A stretch of 64,000 bases of DNA from an uncultured Gammaproteobacteria bacterium (GCA_964573235.1 CAZNIV010000003.1:1482-65481), one strand, 5' to 3'. Shown: positions 49,256 through 59,459, counted from the stretch's first letter. The notes: generated by a model not told the origin, from the sequence alone. Translations and numbers: made by a program.

Positions 49256-51979
49256 ATGTTTAATATCTTCAAAAAATGGCTAAAAAACCCGAGTGATAAG
49301 TTCTTGGAGCAAGCTTGGGCGGTAGTGGAGAAGGTTAACGCCCTGGAGCCGGAAATACAGGCTATGACCAATGAACAGTTAAAAGCGCAAACGGTTAAGT
49401 TTAAGGCTTTATTGGCAGAAGGCAAGACATTGGATGATATCTTGGTGGAAGCTTTTGCCACCATTCGTGAGGCGTCTAAGCGCGTGATCGGCCAAAGACA
49501 CTTTGATGTGCAGTTGATTGGTGGTTATTCCTTACATAAAGGCTGGATTGCGGAAATGAGAACTGGTGAAGGTAAAACTTTAACGGCTACTTCGGCGATC
49601 TATCTTAATGCCTTATCTGGCGAAGGCGCTCATTTGGTGACGGTTAATGATTATTTGGCACGTACTCATGCAGATTGGATGGGTCGTATTTATGATTTTT
49701 TAGGTTTGACTGTTTCTTGTATTCAACAACAGAACAGCTCACTTAAATTAAATACCAAAAAGCAAGCCGTAGAAGGTGATGAAAAATTAGATATTCAATA
49801 TTTAGAACCATGTAGTCGTCGCGAGGCTTATGCTTGCGATATTGTTTATGGTACTAATAACGAATTCGGCTTTGATTACTTGCGCGATAATATGGTGCAG
49901 AGTAAAGAAGATATGGCGCAAAGAGAATTATCCTATGCGATTGTGGATGAAGTTGATTCAATTTTGATTGATGAAGCTAGAACGCCGTTAATTATCTCGG
50001 CACCAGACATGGAGTCGACGGATAAGTATTTTCAATTTTCTAAATTAGTTTTGAAATTGACAGAAAAAGAAGATTATAATTTGGATGAAAAAATGCGCGC
50101 CGTTACTTTAACGGAGCATGGCATTGAAAAAGTGGAAAAAGAATTGGGAGTAGAAAATATTTACACCGATAGAGGTATTACTGAAGTGCATCATATTGAA
50201 CAAGCATTGAAGGCCCAAGTATTATTTAAAAAAGATCGCGACTATGTAGTTAAGGATGGCGAGATTGTGATTATTGATGAGTTTACTGGTCGTATGATGT
50301 TCGGTCGTCGTTATAGCGAAGGATTACATCAGGCAATTGAGGCCAAAGAAGGTGTTAACGTACAACGCGAGAGCCGAACATTGGCTACTGTTTCGTTGCA
50401 AAATTATTTCCGCTTATATAAAAAGTTAGCCGGTATGACCGGTACGGCCGCTACTGAAGCCGAAGAATTTTTTAAGATTTATAAATTAGAAGTAGCAGTA
50501 ATTCCTACTAATCGCCCAATGGTGAGACAGGATTTGAATGATCGTATTTATAAAAATGAGATGGGCAAGTTTAAGGCATTGGTGGTAGAAGTTAAAGAGC
50601 GTCATAAAAAAGGCCAGCCAGTGTTAATTGGTACGGTTTCGATTGAAAAAAATGAATTGTTGGCCGCTTTGTTAGAGCAAGCTGGCGTGCCTTGCCAAGT
50701 GTTGAATGCTAAATTCCATGAAAAAGAAGCGCATATTATTGCTCAAGCTGGTAAGGTGGGAGCGGTAACTGTAGCGACCAATATGGCTGGTCGTGGTGTG
50801 GATATTATTTTAGGCGGTTATCCATTTAATAAGGAAGAGTATGATAAGGTGGTGGCCGCGGGAGGTTTATGTGTTTTAGGTACAGAGCGCCATGAATCTC
50901 GTCGTATCGATAATCAGTTGCGTGGTCGTGCTGGTCGCCAAGGTGATCCAGGACTTAGCCAGTTTTATATTTCCATGGATGATGATTTGATGCGTATTTT
51001 TGGTTCTGATCGCATGAAATCTTTAATGACCGCTTTGCATGTACCAGAAGATCAGGCTATTGAAAGTGGTATGATTTCTAAATCAATTGAACAGGCGCAG
51101 AAAAAAGTAGAAGGCAATAACTTTGATATGCGTAAGCATTTGGTTGATTATGATGATGTGATGAATAAACAGCGCGAGACTATTTATCGTAAGCGTCGAG
51201 AGCTTTTAGCTGAAGATACCGATAGTAAGCAATTAATATTTTCGGCGATTACTAAAGAAATTATTGATTTAGTGCGTTTTCATACTCAGAATGCAGATGA
51301 GAAAGCTTGGGATTTAAATGCGATTTATGGGGCGGCGCATGCCATGTTTGAAATTAAAGCCGAAGCGCGTTTAGAGTTGGATAAAATTGAGGCTGAGGCG
51401 GGAAATAATTTTGATGATGATAATTCTCGCAATCTGATGATTGGCTATTTATTAAAATTAGCCACTCTGACTTATAATTCTTTGGAGGAGCAGATTAATA
51501 TTGTGCCAAATACGGATGGCATTAATACCATGCGCAAAGTGGAAAAATGGATTATGTTGCGCTCAATTGATAGCTTGTGGATTGAACACTTGGAAACAAT
51601 GGAGTATATGCGTCACGGTATTAATTTGCGCGGTTATGGTCAGCGCGACCCGTTGGTGGAATATAAGCGTGAATCTTTGCGTTTGTTTAGAGATTTATTA
51701 AATGCTATTGATAAACAAACAGTTTATACTATTTTTAAGGTAGGTGTGTCTGGTCAAGTAACGGTGCCAGAGGAAAAAATAGAACATAAAAATTTGCAGT
51801 TCTCAGCGCCGAGTGATCAGTCTTCACTTAAATCGCCAATGGCCGCGGATAGCGGATTGGAGGCGCGTAAGCAAGAGGCGATCAAGGATAATAGTCATTT
51901 TGACGGTGAAAAAGTTGGTCGTAATGATTTATGTCCTTGTGGCAGCGGCAAAAAGTTTAAAAAGTGTCATGGAAAATAG
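49256..51979 (+). CDS. secA: preprotein translocase ATPase SecA
   Basis: DEAD-like motor motifs throughout, and a C-terminal Zn-finger CPCGSGKKFKKCHG. Confidence 0.95.
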   Translation: MFNIFKKWLKNPSDKFLEQAWAVVEKVNALEPEIQAMTNEQLKAQTVKFKALLAEGKTLDDILVEAFATIREASKRVIGQRHFDVQLIGGYSLHKGWIAEMRTGEGKTLTATSAIYLNALSGEGAHLVTVNDYLARTHADWMGRIYDFLGLTVSCIQQQNSSLKLNTKKQAVEGDEKLDIQYLEPCSRREAYACDIVYGTNNEFGFDYLRDNMVQSKEDMAQRELSYAIVDEVDSILIDEARTPLIISAPDMESTDKYFQFSKLVLKLTEKEDYNLDEKMRAVTLTEHGIEKVEKELGVENIYTDRGITEVHHIEQALKAQVLFKKDRDYVVKDGEIVIIDEFTGRMMFGRRYSEGLHQAIEAKEGVNVQRESRTLATVSLQNYFRLYKKLAGMTGTAATEAEEFFKIYKLEVAVIPTNRPMVRQDLNDRIYKNEMGKFKALVVEVKERHKKGQPVLIGTVSIEKNELLAALLEQAGVPCQVLNAKFHEKEAHIIAQAGKVGAVTVATNMAGRGVDIILGGYPFNKEEYDKVVAAGGLCVLGTERHESRRIDNQLRGRAGRQGDPGLSQFYISMDDDLMRIFGSDRMKSLMTALHVPEDQAIESGMISKSIEQAQKKVEGNNFDMRKHLVDYDDVMNKQRETIYRKRRELLAEDTDSKQLIFSAITKEIIDLVRFHTQNADEKAWDLNAIYGAAHAMFEIKAEARLELDKIEAEAGNNFDDDNSRNLMIGYLLKLATLTYNSLEEQINIVPNTDGINTMRKVEKWIMLRSIDSLWIEHLETMEYMRHGINLRGYGQRDPLVEYKRESLRLFRDLLNAIDKQTVYTIFKVGVSGQVTVPEEKIEHKNLQFSAPSDQSSLKSPMAADSGLEARKQEAIKDNSHFDGEKVGRNDLCPCGSGKKFKKCHGK

Positions 51980-52149
51980 TTATGGCAATTAAGCCTATTT
52001 GTGATAAATGTAAAAAAGAGCTAACTGAATTTGGTGGAATTTTATTAAGTCCACCAAAAGAGAATATGGTAAAGAAATTTCATCTTTGTCAGGAGTGCTA
52101 TAATAAAATTGCTTGTGGTTTAGAAGTAGAAAGGGGTTTATCTAAATAG
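51964..52149 (+). CDS. small zinc-ribbon protein (CxxC...CxxC)
   Basis: 61 aa with CDKC and CQEC pairs. Overlaps the secA 3' end by 16 nt. Confidence 0.4.
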   Translation: MSWKIVMAIKPICDKCKKELTEFGGILLSPPKENMVKKFHLCQECYNKIACGLEVERGLSK

Positions 52150-52158
52150 CATAATTTT

Positions 52159-52626
52159 ATGAAAAAGCAATTAACTCTCTGCATTGTTCATCAGCATCCT
52201 AAGGTTTTATTAGGCATGAAAAAACGTGGATTTGGTGTCGGTAGGTGGAATGGTTTTGGTGGCAAATTAACTGAGGGAGAAACAATTGAAGATGGTGCTA
52301 AAAGAGAAATGCGTGAAGAGGCCGGAATAGAAATTATTACCATGAACAAGTTAGGAATTATTGATTTTGATTTTAGGGGTAAGCCAGATACCTTGGAGGT
52401 GCATATTTTTAAAGTGAATAATTTTTCTGGTGAGCCAATAGAGAGCGAGGAAATGAAACCGCATTGGTTTGGCGTGGATGAAATTCCGTTTAAAGAAATG
52501 TGGAAAGATGATATTTATTGGATGGAGATGTTTTTGAATGATAAAAAGTTCAAAGGCCGATTTCTATTTGATGAAGCTGATGCTATTTTAGAACATGAGT
52601 TAGTTGAGGTTATTAGCTTAGAATAA
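52159..52626 (+). CDS. Nudix hydrolase (MutT-like)
   Basis: Nudix box GKLTEGETIEDGAKREMREEAGIE. Confidence 0.75.
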   Translation: MKKQLTLCIVHQHPKVLLGMKKRGFGVGRWNGFGGKLTEGETIEDGAKREMREEAGIEIITMNKLGIIDFDFRGKPDTLEVHIFKVNNFSGEPIESEEMKPHWFGVDEIPFKEMWKDDIYWMEMFLNDKKFKGRFLFDEADAILEHELVEVISLE

Positions 52627-52629
52627 TTT

Positions 52630-53502
52630 ATGCCGGAATTACCGGAGGTAGAAACTTTGCGTCGTGACTTAGAAAAAGTGATTGACGGTAAAGTAATTAA
52701 AAAAGTAGAAGTGGATTGGGCCAAAACAGTTAGCCCATTATCTTTACTGGCTTTTAAAAAAGCGCTTACTGGCGATAAGTTTATTAGCGTTGGTCGAAAA
52801 GCTAAGATGCTTTATTTTAAATTAAAAAGTGGTAAATATTTATTGACGCATTTAAAAATGACTGGCCAATTAATTTATCAGGAAGCGGGTAAGAAGGCGC
52901 AACCGATTGTGGGTGGGCATCCACAAAAAGGTGGAGCGGATAATTTGCCGAATAAATTTACGCGCGTGGCCATGGAATTTGTTGATGGTTCCCGATTGTT
53001 TTTTAATGACATGCGCAAATTTGGCTATATGAAATTGGTAGATGAAAAAACGGCGCAAGATGCTTTTGTTAAATATGGTCCGGAGCCCCTGGTGTCTGAC
53101 TTTACCCTTAAATATTTTACTAGTATTCTGGCCAAGTATCCGAAGAGAAAATTAAAACAAATTTTATTGGATCAGCAATTGATTTCTGGTTTGGGCAATA
53201 TCTATGTGGATGAATCTTGTTTTGGTGCTGGTGTTTTGCCAATGCGTTTGGCCAAGTCATTGAGTGAGATGGAAGTAAAAAAGTTATATCAGGAAATTAA
53301 AAAAGTGATTAAGTTTTCTATTGAAAAAAGAGGAACTTCTTTTAGCACATATGTACATTTAAATGGTGGCGCTGGTGGCTTTGTGCCACATCTTAGGGTT
53401 TACGGCAGAAAAGGGGAAAGATGTAAGCGGTGTAGCGGTATTATTAATCGCATTAAACTTAATGGACGAGGGACTCATTTTTGCTCCGATTGTCAAAAAT
53501 AG
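52630..53502 (+). CDS. fpg: formamidopyrimidine-DNA glycosylase Fpg/MutM
   Basis: N-terminal PELPEVE, an H2TH domain, and a C-terminal CxxC...CxxC zinc finger. Confidence 0.9.
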   Translation: MPELPEVETLRRDLEKVIDGKVIKKVEVDWAKTVSPLSLLAFKKALTGDKFISVGRKAKMLYFKLKSGKYLLTHLKMTGQLIYQEAGKKAQPIVGGHPQKGGADNLPNKFTRVAMEFVDGSRLFFNDMRKFGYMKLVDEKTAQDAFVKYGPEPLVSDFTLKYFTSILAKYPKRKLKQILLDQQLISGLGNIYVDESCFGAGVLPMRLAKSLSEMEVKKLYQEIKKVIKFSIEKRGTSFSTYVHLNGGAGGFVPHLRVYGRKGERCKRCSGIINRIKLNGRGTHFCSDCQK

Positions 53503-53513
53503 TTAATAAAAAA

Positions 53514-53537
53514 ACGGCTTTTCTTAAGCCGTTTTTT
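53514..53537. terminator. bidirectional terminator
   Basis: A7-ACGGCTT-ttctt-AAGCCGT-T6. Confidence 0.6.
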
Positions 53538-53560
53538 GTGTTAGAATTGCCTTAGAGGAT

Positions 53561-54001
53561 TTATAGAGGAAAGTAATTTTTAATTAAGACATAAATCACA
53601 ACAGTGGTGATTACACCCACGATTAGGCCGGCGCTAACTTGAGGAACGGTGTGGCCCATTTGCTCGTTTAAGTATTTGATGGATTTGTTTTTAAATACTT
53701 CTTTGCCAATTTTGTTAGTTAAAGTGGCGTTGCGACCAATTTCGCGTCTGAAACCCACAGCATCACGAATGACGACAACCAATAAGATAAGTGCCACAGC
53801 GAAGGCTGATGAGTTAAAGCCATCTCTGAGGCCAATTACTGTGGCTAGAGAGGCAACAAAGGCAGTGTGAGACGATGGCATGCCACCGTAGTCGCCAATA
53901 AAGTGTTCTAGAGTAAAATTACCGGGAATTTTATCGGTCACTAGCTTTAGGGCTTGAGTGAAAAAACCGACGATGACAGGGATGATAATGGCTTCAAACA
54001 T
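53561..54001 (-). CDS. divergent PAP2-family (DUF212) membrane phosphatase-like protein
   Basis: PSSHTAF motif characteristic of divergent PAP2 proteins. Four TM helices. Confidence 0.6.
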   Translation of the reverse strand: MFEAIIIPVIVGFFTQALKLVTDKIPGNFTLEHFIGDYGGMPSSHTAFVASLATVIGLRDGFNSSAFAVALILLVVVIRDAVGFRREIGRNATLTNKIGKEVFKNKSIKYLNEQMGHTVPQVSAGLIVGVITTVVIYVLIKNYFPL

Positions 54002-54018
54002 AAATTATTATATTAAAT

Positions 54019-54828
54019 ATGAATTATTTTTTTTCGGTGCTTTCCGGCATGATTCAGGGTCTGACAGAATTTTTACCAGTTTCTAGCTCGGGGCATTTGG
54101 TTATATTACATGAAGTTTTTAGCTTTGACTTACCTAATGATTTGCTTTTTGACTTAATGTTACACTGGGGAACATTATTGGCAATTTTGATTTTTTTCTG
54201 GAAAGATATTTGGCAGGTAATCAACGGATTTTTTTCTAGTTTGATTAAATGGAATGTGCAAGGGGATAATAATCAAAGATTGGCTTGGCAAATTATTTTA
54301 GCAACCATTCCGGCAGCAAGTATTGGTTTTGTTTTTGGTCAAAAGATCGAAGATTCAGTTAGATCAGTGCCCGTGGTAGCAGTAATGTTTATTTTAATTG
54401 CCGGATTGTTTTGGCTGGCGGAAAAATATTCCACCAAACTTAAAACCTTGAATGAAATGCCATTTTGGTCAGCCCTAGGTATTGGCGTGGCACAGGTTTT
54501 AGCTTTTATTCCCGGAACATCGCGTTCGGGTATTACTATTATAACAGGTTTGTGGCTTAAATTAAAACGGGAAGAGGCGGCAAGATTTTCTTTCTTGCTT
54601 AGCGCCCCGCTTATTTTTGGGGCTGGCGTTAAACAATTATCGGCGGTTAAGTTAATAACCGCAGATAATGCTTTATTGATGTTGATTGGCCTAGTGACCT
54701 CGGCAGTGGTAGGTTATATTGTGATTAAATTTTTACTTAAATATTTAACTACCCATTCCCTAGGTGTTTTTGCTTGGTATCGTTTGGTTTTGGGCGTGGC
54801 GGTGTTAGCTTGGTGGTTAATTAAATAA
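54019..54828 (+). CDS. uppP: undecaprenyl-diphosphatase UppP/BacA
   Basis: LTEFLPVSSSGHL and PGTSRSG signature motifs. Confidence 0.9.
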   Translation: MNYFFSVLSGMIQGLTEFLPVSSSGHLVILHEVFSFDLPNDLLFDLMLHWGTLLAILIFFWKDIWQVINGFFSSLIKWNVQGDNNQRLAWQIILATIPAASIGFVFGQKIEDSVRSVPVVAVMFILIAGLFWLAEKYSTKLKTLNEMPFWSALGIGVAQVLAFIPGTSRSGITIITGLWLKLKREEAARFSFLLSAPLIFGAGVKQLSAVKLITADNALLMLIGLVTSAVVGYIVIKFLLKYLTTHSLGVFAWYRLVLGVAVLAWWLIK

Positions 54829-54831
54829 TAT

Positions 54832-55842
54832 ATGGATAAGAAAAAAATATTTTTAGCGGTAATTATTTTTTTTACTTTACTGGGTATTTATGTTTATGGT
54901 CAAATTCATTGGCCAATGAATGGCGTCAAAAACGAAACGGTTTATTTTCAAATTAGTAAAGGTGAATCAGTGATTAAGATTGCTAAAGATTTGGCGGATA
55001 AAAAATTAGTTAAGAGCGAGGTGGTTTTTAGGCTTTACGCTAAATATCGTCATGCGGATGAAAAGTTTCAGGCGGGTGGTTATAGCTTAGCTAAAAATTT
55101 GAGCATGAAGCAGGTAATTGATGAATTATTGTTAGGAGCGAATACGGGTAACGAGAAAAGTATTACGATTATTGAAGGTTGGCAGGGTGTTGAAATTGGT
55201 GATTATTTGGTTTCTATGGGAGTAACCAAAAAAACAGACTTTATTAAAGCAATAGAGGTTAGTCGCTGGCGTAGTGATTATGATTTTTTAGCGGATAAAC
55301 GGATTAAAACTCTTGAGGGTTTTATGTTCCCGGACACTTATCGTATTTATGCTAGTTCTACCATTGAAGCCGTGGTTAAAAAAATGTTAGATAATTTTGA
55401 GACCAAATTAACATCAGATATGATTAGCGCTATTAGTAAAGAAAAAAAGAAATTATATGATGTGATGATTTTAGCGTCGATCGTAGAAAAAGAGGCTTCT
55501 AGCTTGAGTTTAGTAGATAAGAAGATAGTAGCGGGTATTTTTTGGAATCGATTGTCTATTAATATGCCGTTACAGTCAGATGCTACTGTTAATTATATTA
55601 CGGGCAAGAGTAACTTGCGTCCGACTTATGATGAACTGGGAGCGGATTCATTATATAATACTTATAAATATGCGGGGTTGCCACCGACACCAATTGCTAA
55701 TCCTGGACTGGAGGCAATAGAGGCAGCGATTTATTCAGTTAAAACGGATTATTTATATTTTTTAACTGATAAGGATGGCAGAATTCATTACGGTAAGACA
55801 TTTGAGGATCATAATAAAAATATCAGACAGTTTTTAGATTAG
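54832..55842 (+). CDS. mltG: endolytic murein transglycosylase MltG (YceG-like)
   Basis: N-terminal TM helix plus a YceG domain with a catalytic Glu region (SIVEKE). Confidence 0.85.
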   Translation: MDKKKIFLAVIIFFTLLGIYVYGQIHWPMNGVKNETVYFQISKGESVIKIAKDLADKKLVKSEVVFRLYAKYRHADEKFQAGGYSLAKNLSMKQVIDELLLGANTGNEKSITIIEGWQGVEIGDYLVSMGVTKKTDFIKAIEVSRWRSDYDFLADKRIKTLEGFMFPDTYRIYASSTIEAVVKKMLDNFETKLTSDMISAISKEKKKLYDVMILASIVEKEASSLSLVDKKIVAGIFWNRLSINMPLQSDATVNYITGKSNLRPTYDELGADSLYNTYKYAGLPPTPIANPGLEAIEAAIYSVKTDYLYFLTDKDGRIHYGKTFEDHNKNIRQFLD

Positions 55843-55900
55843 TGATATTTATCTAAAATTAAATAAAAAATTATTGATGTCGTCGGTTTATGGCGAGATA

Positions 55901-55928
55901 TTGACAAATTTTTAATTTTTGTTATAAT
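55901..55928 (+). promoter_or_regulatory. near-consensus sigma70 promoter for rplJ-rplL
   Basis: TTGACA, 16-nt spacer, TATAAT. Confidence 0.55.
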
Positions 55929-55934
55929 TATCTC

Positions 55935-56058
55935 AGTCAATTTCCACAGACAGCCGGCAATATCAATAAGACCGACCGAGGAAAGCACTAGTTTTAATGC
56001 TTTTTGTCTGCGGAAACGCAGCTTTTTTTATTTTATTAATTAACCCATATTTAGCAAT
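55935..56058 (+). promoter_or_regulatory. rplJ 5' leader with intrinsic terminator hairpin (putative L10 autoregulatory attenuator)
   Basis: CTGCG-gaaa-CGCAG hairpin at 56008-56021, followed by T8. An upstream CCACAGAC (55944-55951) can pair with GTCTGCGG (56006-56013) as a possible anti-terminator. Confidence 0.4.
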
Positions 56059-56583
56059 ATGCCAAAGACTAAGCAGCAAAAACAAGATGTTGTCGCTGAG
56101 TTGAACGACAATGTTAAAAAGATGAAGTCTGCGGTGTTCATCAACTTCGCCAATACATCTGTTAAAGATGTAACCGAGTTGAGAAACAATTGCCGCAAGG
56201 AAAATGTTGAATACGTGGTGGCTAAAAAGACATTGCTTAAGAAGGCTTTGATCGATAATGGTTATACTATCGCTCAAGACCGCGAATTATCAGGTGAAAT
56301 CGCCTCAGTGTTCGCTCTTAAGGATGAAGTTTCTGCCGCTAGAGTAATTAACGATTTTACCAAGGAACACAAGACAATTAAGATCGTAGCCGGTATCTTG
56401 GAAGGAAAATTTGTAGAAGTTGATCAGGTGATCGCTTTGGCAAAATTACCAAGCAAGCAAGAACTTATCGCCAAGGTGGTTGGTTCTATCGCCGCTCCAC
56501 TTTCTGGTATGGTCAATGTGTTGCAGGGCAATTTACGCAATTTCGTTTACGCTTTGAGTGCCATTAGGGATAAAAAAGCTTAA
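56059..56583 (+). CDS. rplJ: 50S ribosomal protein L10
   Basis: L10 family sequence and synteny with rplL. Confidence 0.9.
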   Translation: MPKTKQQKQDVVAELNDNVKKMKSAVFINFANTSVKDVTELRNNCRKENVEYVVAKKTLLKKALIDNGYTIAQDRELSGEIASVFALKDEVSAARVINDFTKEHKTIKIVAGILEGKFVEVDQVIALAKLPSKQELIAKVVGSIAAPLSGMVNVLQGNLRNFVYALSAIRDKKA

Positions 56584-56623
56584 CAACAACTAAATTAAAT
56601 AAAAAATTATTAAATCAAAAATT

Positions 56624-57019
56624 ATGTCAGAACAAAATGTAACCGTTCCAGAAAAGTTTAAAGCTTTAGTGGAACAAATCGAAAATCTTAGCGTTTTGGA
56701 TTTAGCCGAATTGGTTAAAGTATTGGAATCTAAGTTTGGCGTTTCTGCTGCTGCTCCTGTAGCTGCTGCTGCCGCTGCTCCAGCTGCTGCCGCTGCTGAA
56801 GAAAAGACTTCTTTCAATGTAGAGTTGACTTCTTCTGGCGAAAGCAAAATTAACGTTATCAAAGCCGTTAGAACCGTTGTTGCTGAATTAGGCTTAAAGG
56901 AAGCTAAGGATTTAGTTGATGGCGCTCCAAAGATGGTGAAAGAAAACGTTACTAAGGAAGAAGCTGAAAAGATTAAAAAAGCTTTAGAAGAAGCTGGTGC
57001 AAAGGTTACTTTGAAATAA
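56624..57019 (+). CDS. rplL: 50S ribosomal protein L7/L12
   Basis: Ala-rich hinge and a conserved C-terminal domain ([12 protein letters not shown]...). Confidence 0.9.
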   Translation: MSEQNVTVPEKFKALVEQIENLSVLDLAELVKVLESKFGVSAAAPVAAAAAAPAAAAAEEKTSFNVELTSSGESKINVIKAVRTVVAELGLKEAKDLVDGAPKMVKENVTKEEAEKIKKALEEAGAKVTLK

Positions 57020-57042
57020 TATTTCTCAGTTATAATAAAAAA

Positions 57043-57070
57043 ACTACCGGTTATGTCGGTAGTTTTTTTA
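57043..57070. terminator. bidirectional terminator after rplL
   Basis: A-run, then ACTACCG-gttatgt-CGGTAGT, then T7. Confidence 0.6.
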
Positions 57071-57080
57071 TTGGGTAAAT

Positions 57081-59459
57081 TTAGTAATTTGTATCAATGG
57101 CGAATATTTTATTGTCGGAAAGGAGATAAATTTTCTTTTCTTTTTCTATGGCCAGCATAGATTTTAGTTGGCCAAATTCCTTAGAAGTATACTGGGTTTT
57201 TAGACTGCCATTGACATTGAAAATGGTCAATCGTTGATTTTGGGGGTCTAAAATATAAATATTATTGGAATCGGTTTCGGTGAATATTTGAGTTGGGTTT
57301 TTTAATGGAGGGTCTATTGTTAAATTGACGGATTCAGTTTTTTTGCCCTGATCAAAAATATTTAAAGTATTAGAGCTGTAAGTGATAACCTTTCCATTGA
57401 TGGTAATGAGTTTTGATTGGCTAAATTCATTAGTATTTTTAAGCCAAGCTGAGCCCGAATTAAACAGATTATTGGCCGGTAAGTGTTTGAATATTTGGTT
57501 TTTGGCGGATTGTAGTGAATAAATTTTACCGCCGTAGATGGTCAGATCGTCAACAGATTCTAGGGTTAAAACTTTTTTAGTGACAGTGGCGTTTTTTAAA
57601 TTTATTTGGTAAAGAGTATTGTCTTCATTGAGTAGTAATAGGCTATTACTATCAGTTAGGGGGTATATTTTTTTAATATTACCAATATTATCGGTAATGG
57701 TATAATTTTGGGTTAATTTTTTTTCGGGAGTGTAAGTGTATAAATTATTATTACTATTATCAAAGGCAATAAATATATTGTTAATTTTTGTAAAACCAGC
57801 AATATTAGCAGTGGAGGTGGTAATGCCAAAATCCACTAGAACTGTCGGCGAAGTTAAGTAGCTGATTTTTTGTAGTGCTTGATTGAGGTCGTCTATACGA
57901 TTTTGAATGGCGGTGATCGAAGTGGTATATTTTTTGTTTTTTGGTAATTGAGCGAGTAGAGTAACAGCTTCACTTAGTTTTTCTTTGGCGCCAATCTCGT
58001 TATTATTAAGAATGTTATTTGCCTCGGCGTTTTCTAGAGCATTAGTGATGGCTTGTAGTTTGGTGGTAAAAATATTATCTTGATTTGAGCCTAATTTTTG
58101 ACCAGTAATAACAATACTTAGACTAAAGCCAAATAGTAGCAAACCAACTGCTATCGCCATAAATTGCTGTTTTTTGTTTAAGTTAATAAAGTTAGCAATT
58201 TGTTTGTTTAGCCAGTCGCTGAAAGTTTGGGACCAAGTAAATCCAGGTAATTTTTTAGGTAGTAATTTGAGGATGATAGACCAATTAATTTTTAAATTGG
58301 CTATTTTTTTTGTTTCCTTAGTAATATCTTCTGGAGTGGTAGAAGATATATTTGTGGTTTCTTGTGGTTGTTCTGGTTGTACGACTTGAATTTCTTCGGG
58401 AATATTAATATTGTCAATTATTTCTAATTCTTTATTGTTAGTATTGACTTCAATTTTGGCCAGAGATTTTTTCTTTTCTTGGTGCGCCTTCCATGAGTGC
58501 TTTAATTGCTTGAAGGCGGCTAAGGTGAGGGATTTTATTTTTTTACTGGTAAATTTCCAGCCCTTTTTAGTTAAAACCAAAAGGGTTATCAATACCTTTT
58601 CCCAATTTGGGACAGGGGAGGGGTTGAGATATTTCTCAGTATTTTCTTGGATATTCATCAGGTTGGTGATGGATTTTTCTGGGTGTAAGTTTAATTTTTG
58701 TTGTTTAGGGACATTGATAATGGTTGGCACTTCGTGAGGGGTTAGCTGGACGCTAATAATTGGTTGAATGGCAACGAGGTAATAGTTTTGGCCAGTTTCT
58801 TTTTGCTCGTGAATTTTAGTTTCGATATAGCTAATAGCGGCGCTAGAAGGATTATTGATAATAATTTCTGATAAGCTGTTTTGTGATAAACACTCCATGA
58901 TAGAGTCGTTACAGAAACAGAGATTGTCTTTGATGCTAATTTCACCACTAATAATATTGGAAAACATTTTTTCTTGATTGATTTTGCTTTTCTTTTCGGC
59001 TACTTGATCAATAATATCAATAATGGCAGCGGTTTTATCGTTGCGTTTATGAAATAACATGGCGTTAGTAACGCCAATTTGGGATAGATAGATTTTATTA
59101 CGGTGAATTAAGCCAGCTAAAACATTGATATTTTTTAATTCAATATCGGCGATTGATTTTTTGATTAATTTATCAATGCGACGATTGGATCTTTGTAGGC
59201 ATTCTTCTAATCTTTTTTCTACTCCGTATTCGGCTTCGAGGGGAGGTAAATAATATTCGGTTTCTAAATCGGAGATGATTTGTAAAAATTCGTCGTTAAA
59301 GTTGTCTGGGAGGTTATTTAATTCAGTAAATCCAAAAAGAATACCTAGACGGTTTTCGGTTTTTTTATTTTCTACCTTAGAGATAAAAACTCGACCAACG
59401 TTTGTTTGTTGGCTAGTTTCGATGATAAGCTTATTTAATTTAGGATAAAATAACTCCAT
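57081..59459 (-). CDS. 792-aa bitopic membrane protein: cytoplasmic N-domain, one TM, extracytoplasmic beta-propeller-like C-domain
   Basis: Single internal TM helix (FMAIAVGLLLFGFSLSIVI). No family recognised. Confidence 0.45.
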   Translation of the reverse strand: MELFYPKLNKLIIETSQQTNVGRVFISKVENKKTENRLGILFGFTELNNLPDNFNDEFLQIISDLETEYYLPPLEAEYGVEKRLEECLQRSNRRIDKLIKKSIADIELKNINVLAGLIHRNKIYLSQIGVTNAMLFHKRNDKTAAIIDIIDQVAEKKSKINQEKMFSNIISGEISIKDNLCFCNDSIMECLSQNSLSEIIINNPSSAAISYIETKIHEQKETGQNYYLVAIQPIISVQLTPHEVPTIINVPKQQKLNLHPEKSITNLMNIQENTEKYLNPSPVPNWEKVLITLLVLTKKGWKFTSKKIKSLTLAAFKQLKHSWKAHQEKKKSLAKIEVNTNNKELEIIDNINIPEEIQVVQPEQPQETTNISSTTPEDITKETKKIANLKINWSIILKLLPKKLPGFTWSQTFSDWLNKQIANFINLNKKQQFMAIAVGLLLFGFSLSIVITGQKLGSNQDNIFTTKLQAITNALENAEANNILNNNEIGAKEKLSEAVTLLAQLPKNKKYTTSITAIQNRIDDLNQALQKISYLTSPTVLVDFGITTSTANIAGFTKINNIFIAFDNSNNNLYTYTPEKKLTQNYTITDNIGNIKKIYPLTDSNSLLLLNEDNTLYQINLKNATVTKKVLTLESVDDLTIYGGKIYSLQSAKNQIFKHLPANNLFNSGSAWLKNTNEFSQSKLITINGKVITYSSNTLNIFDQGKKTESVNLTIDPPLKNPTQIFTETDSNNIYILDPQNQRLTIFNVNGSLKTQYTSKEFGQLKSMLAIEKEKKIYLLSDNKIFAIDTNY

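Noticed and set aside
55963-56277. 104-aa minus-strand ORF across the rplJ leader and 5' end
   Set aside because: It is antisense to a highly conserved ribosomal gene and its promoter/leader, with no ribosome-binding site. Spurious.
56733-56800. GCT/GCC-rich low-complexity DNA
   Set aside because: It encodes the Ala-rich flexible hinge of L7/L12. Not a repeat element.
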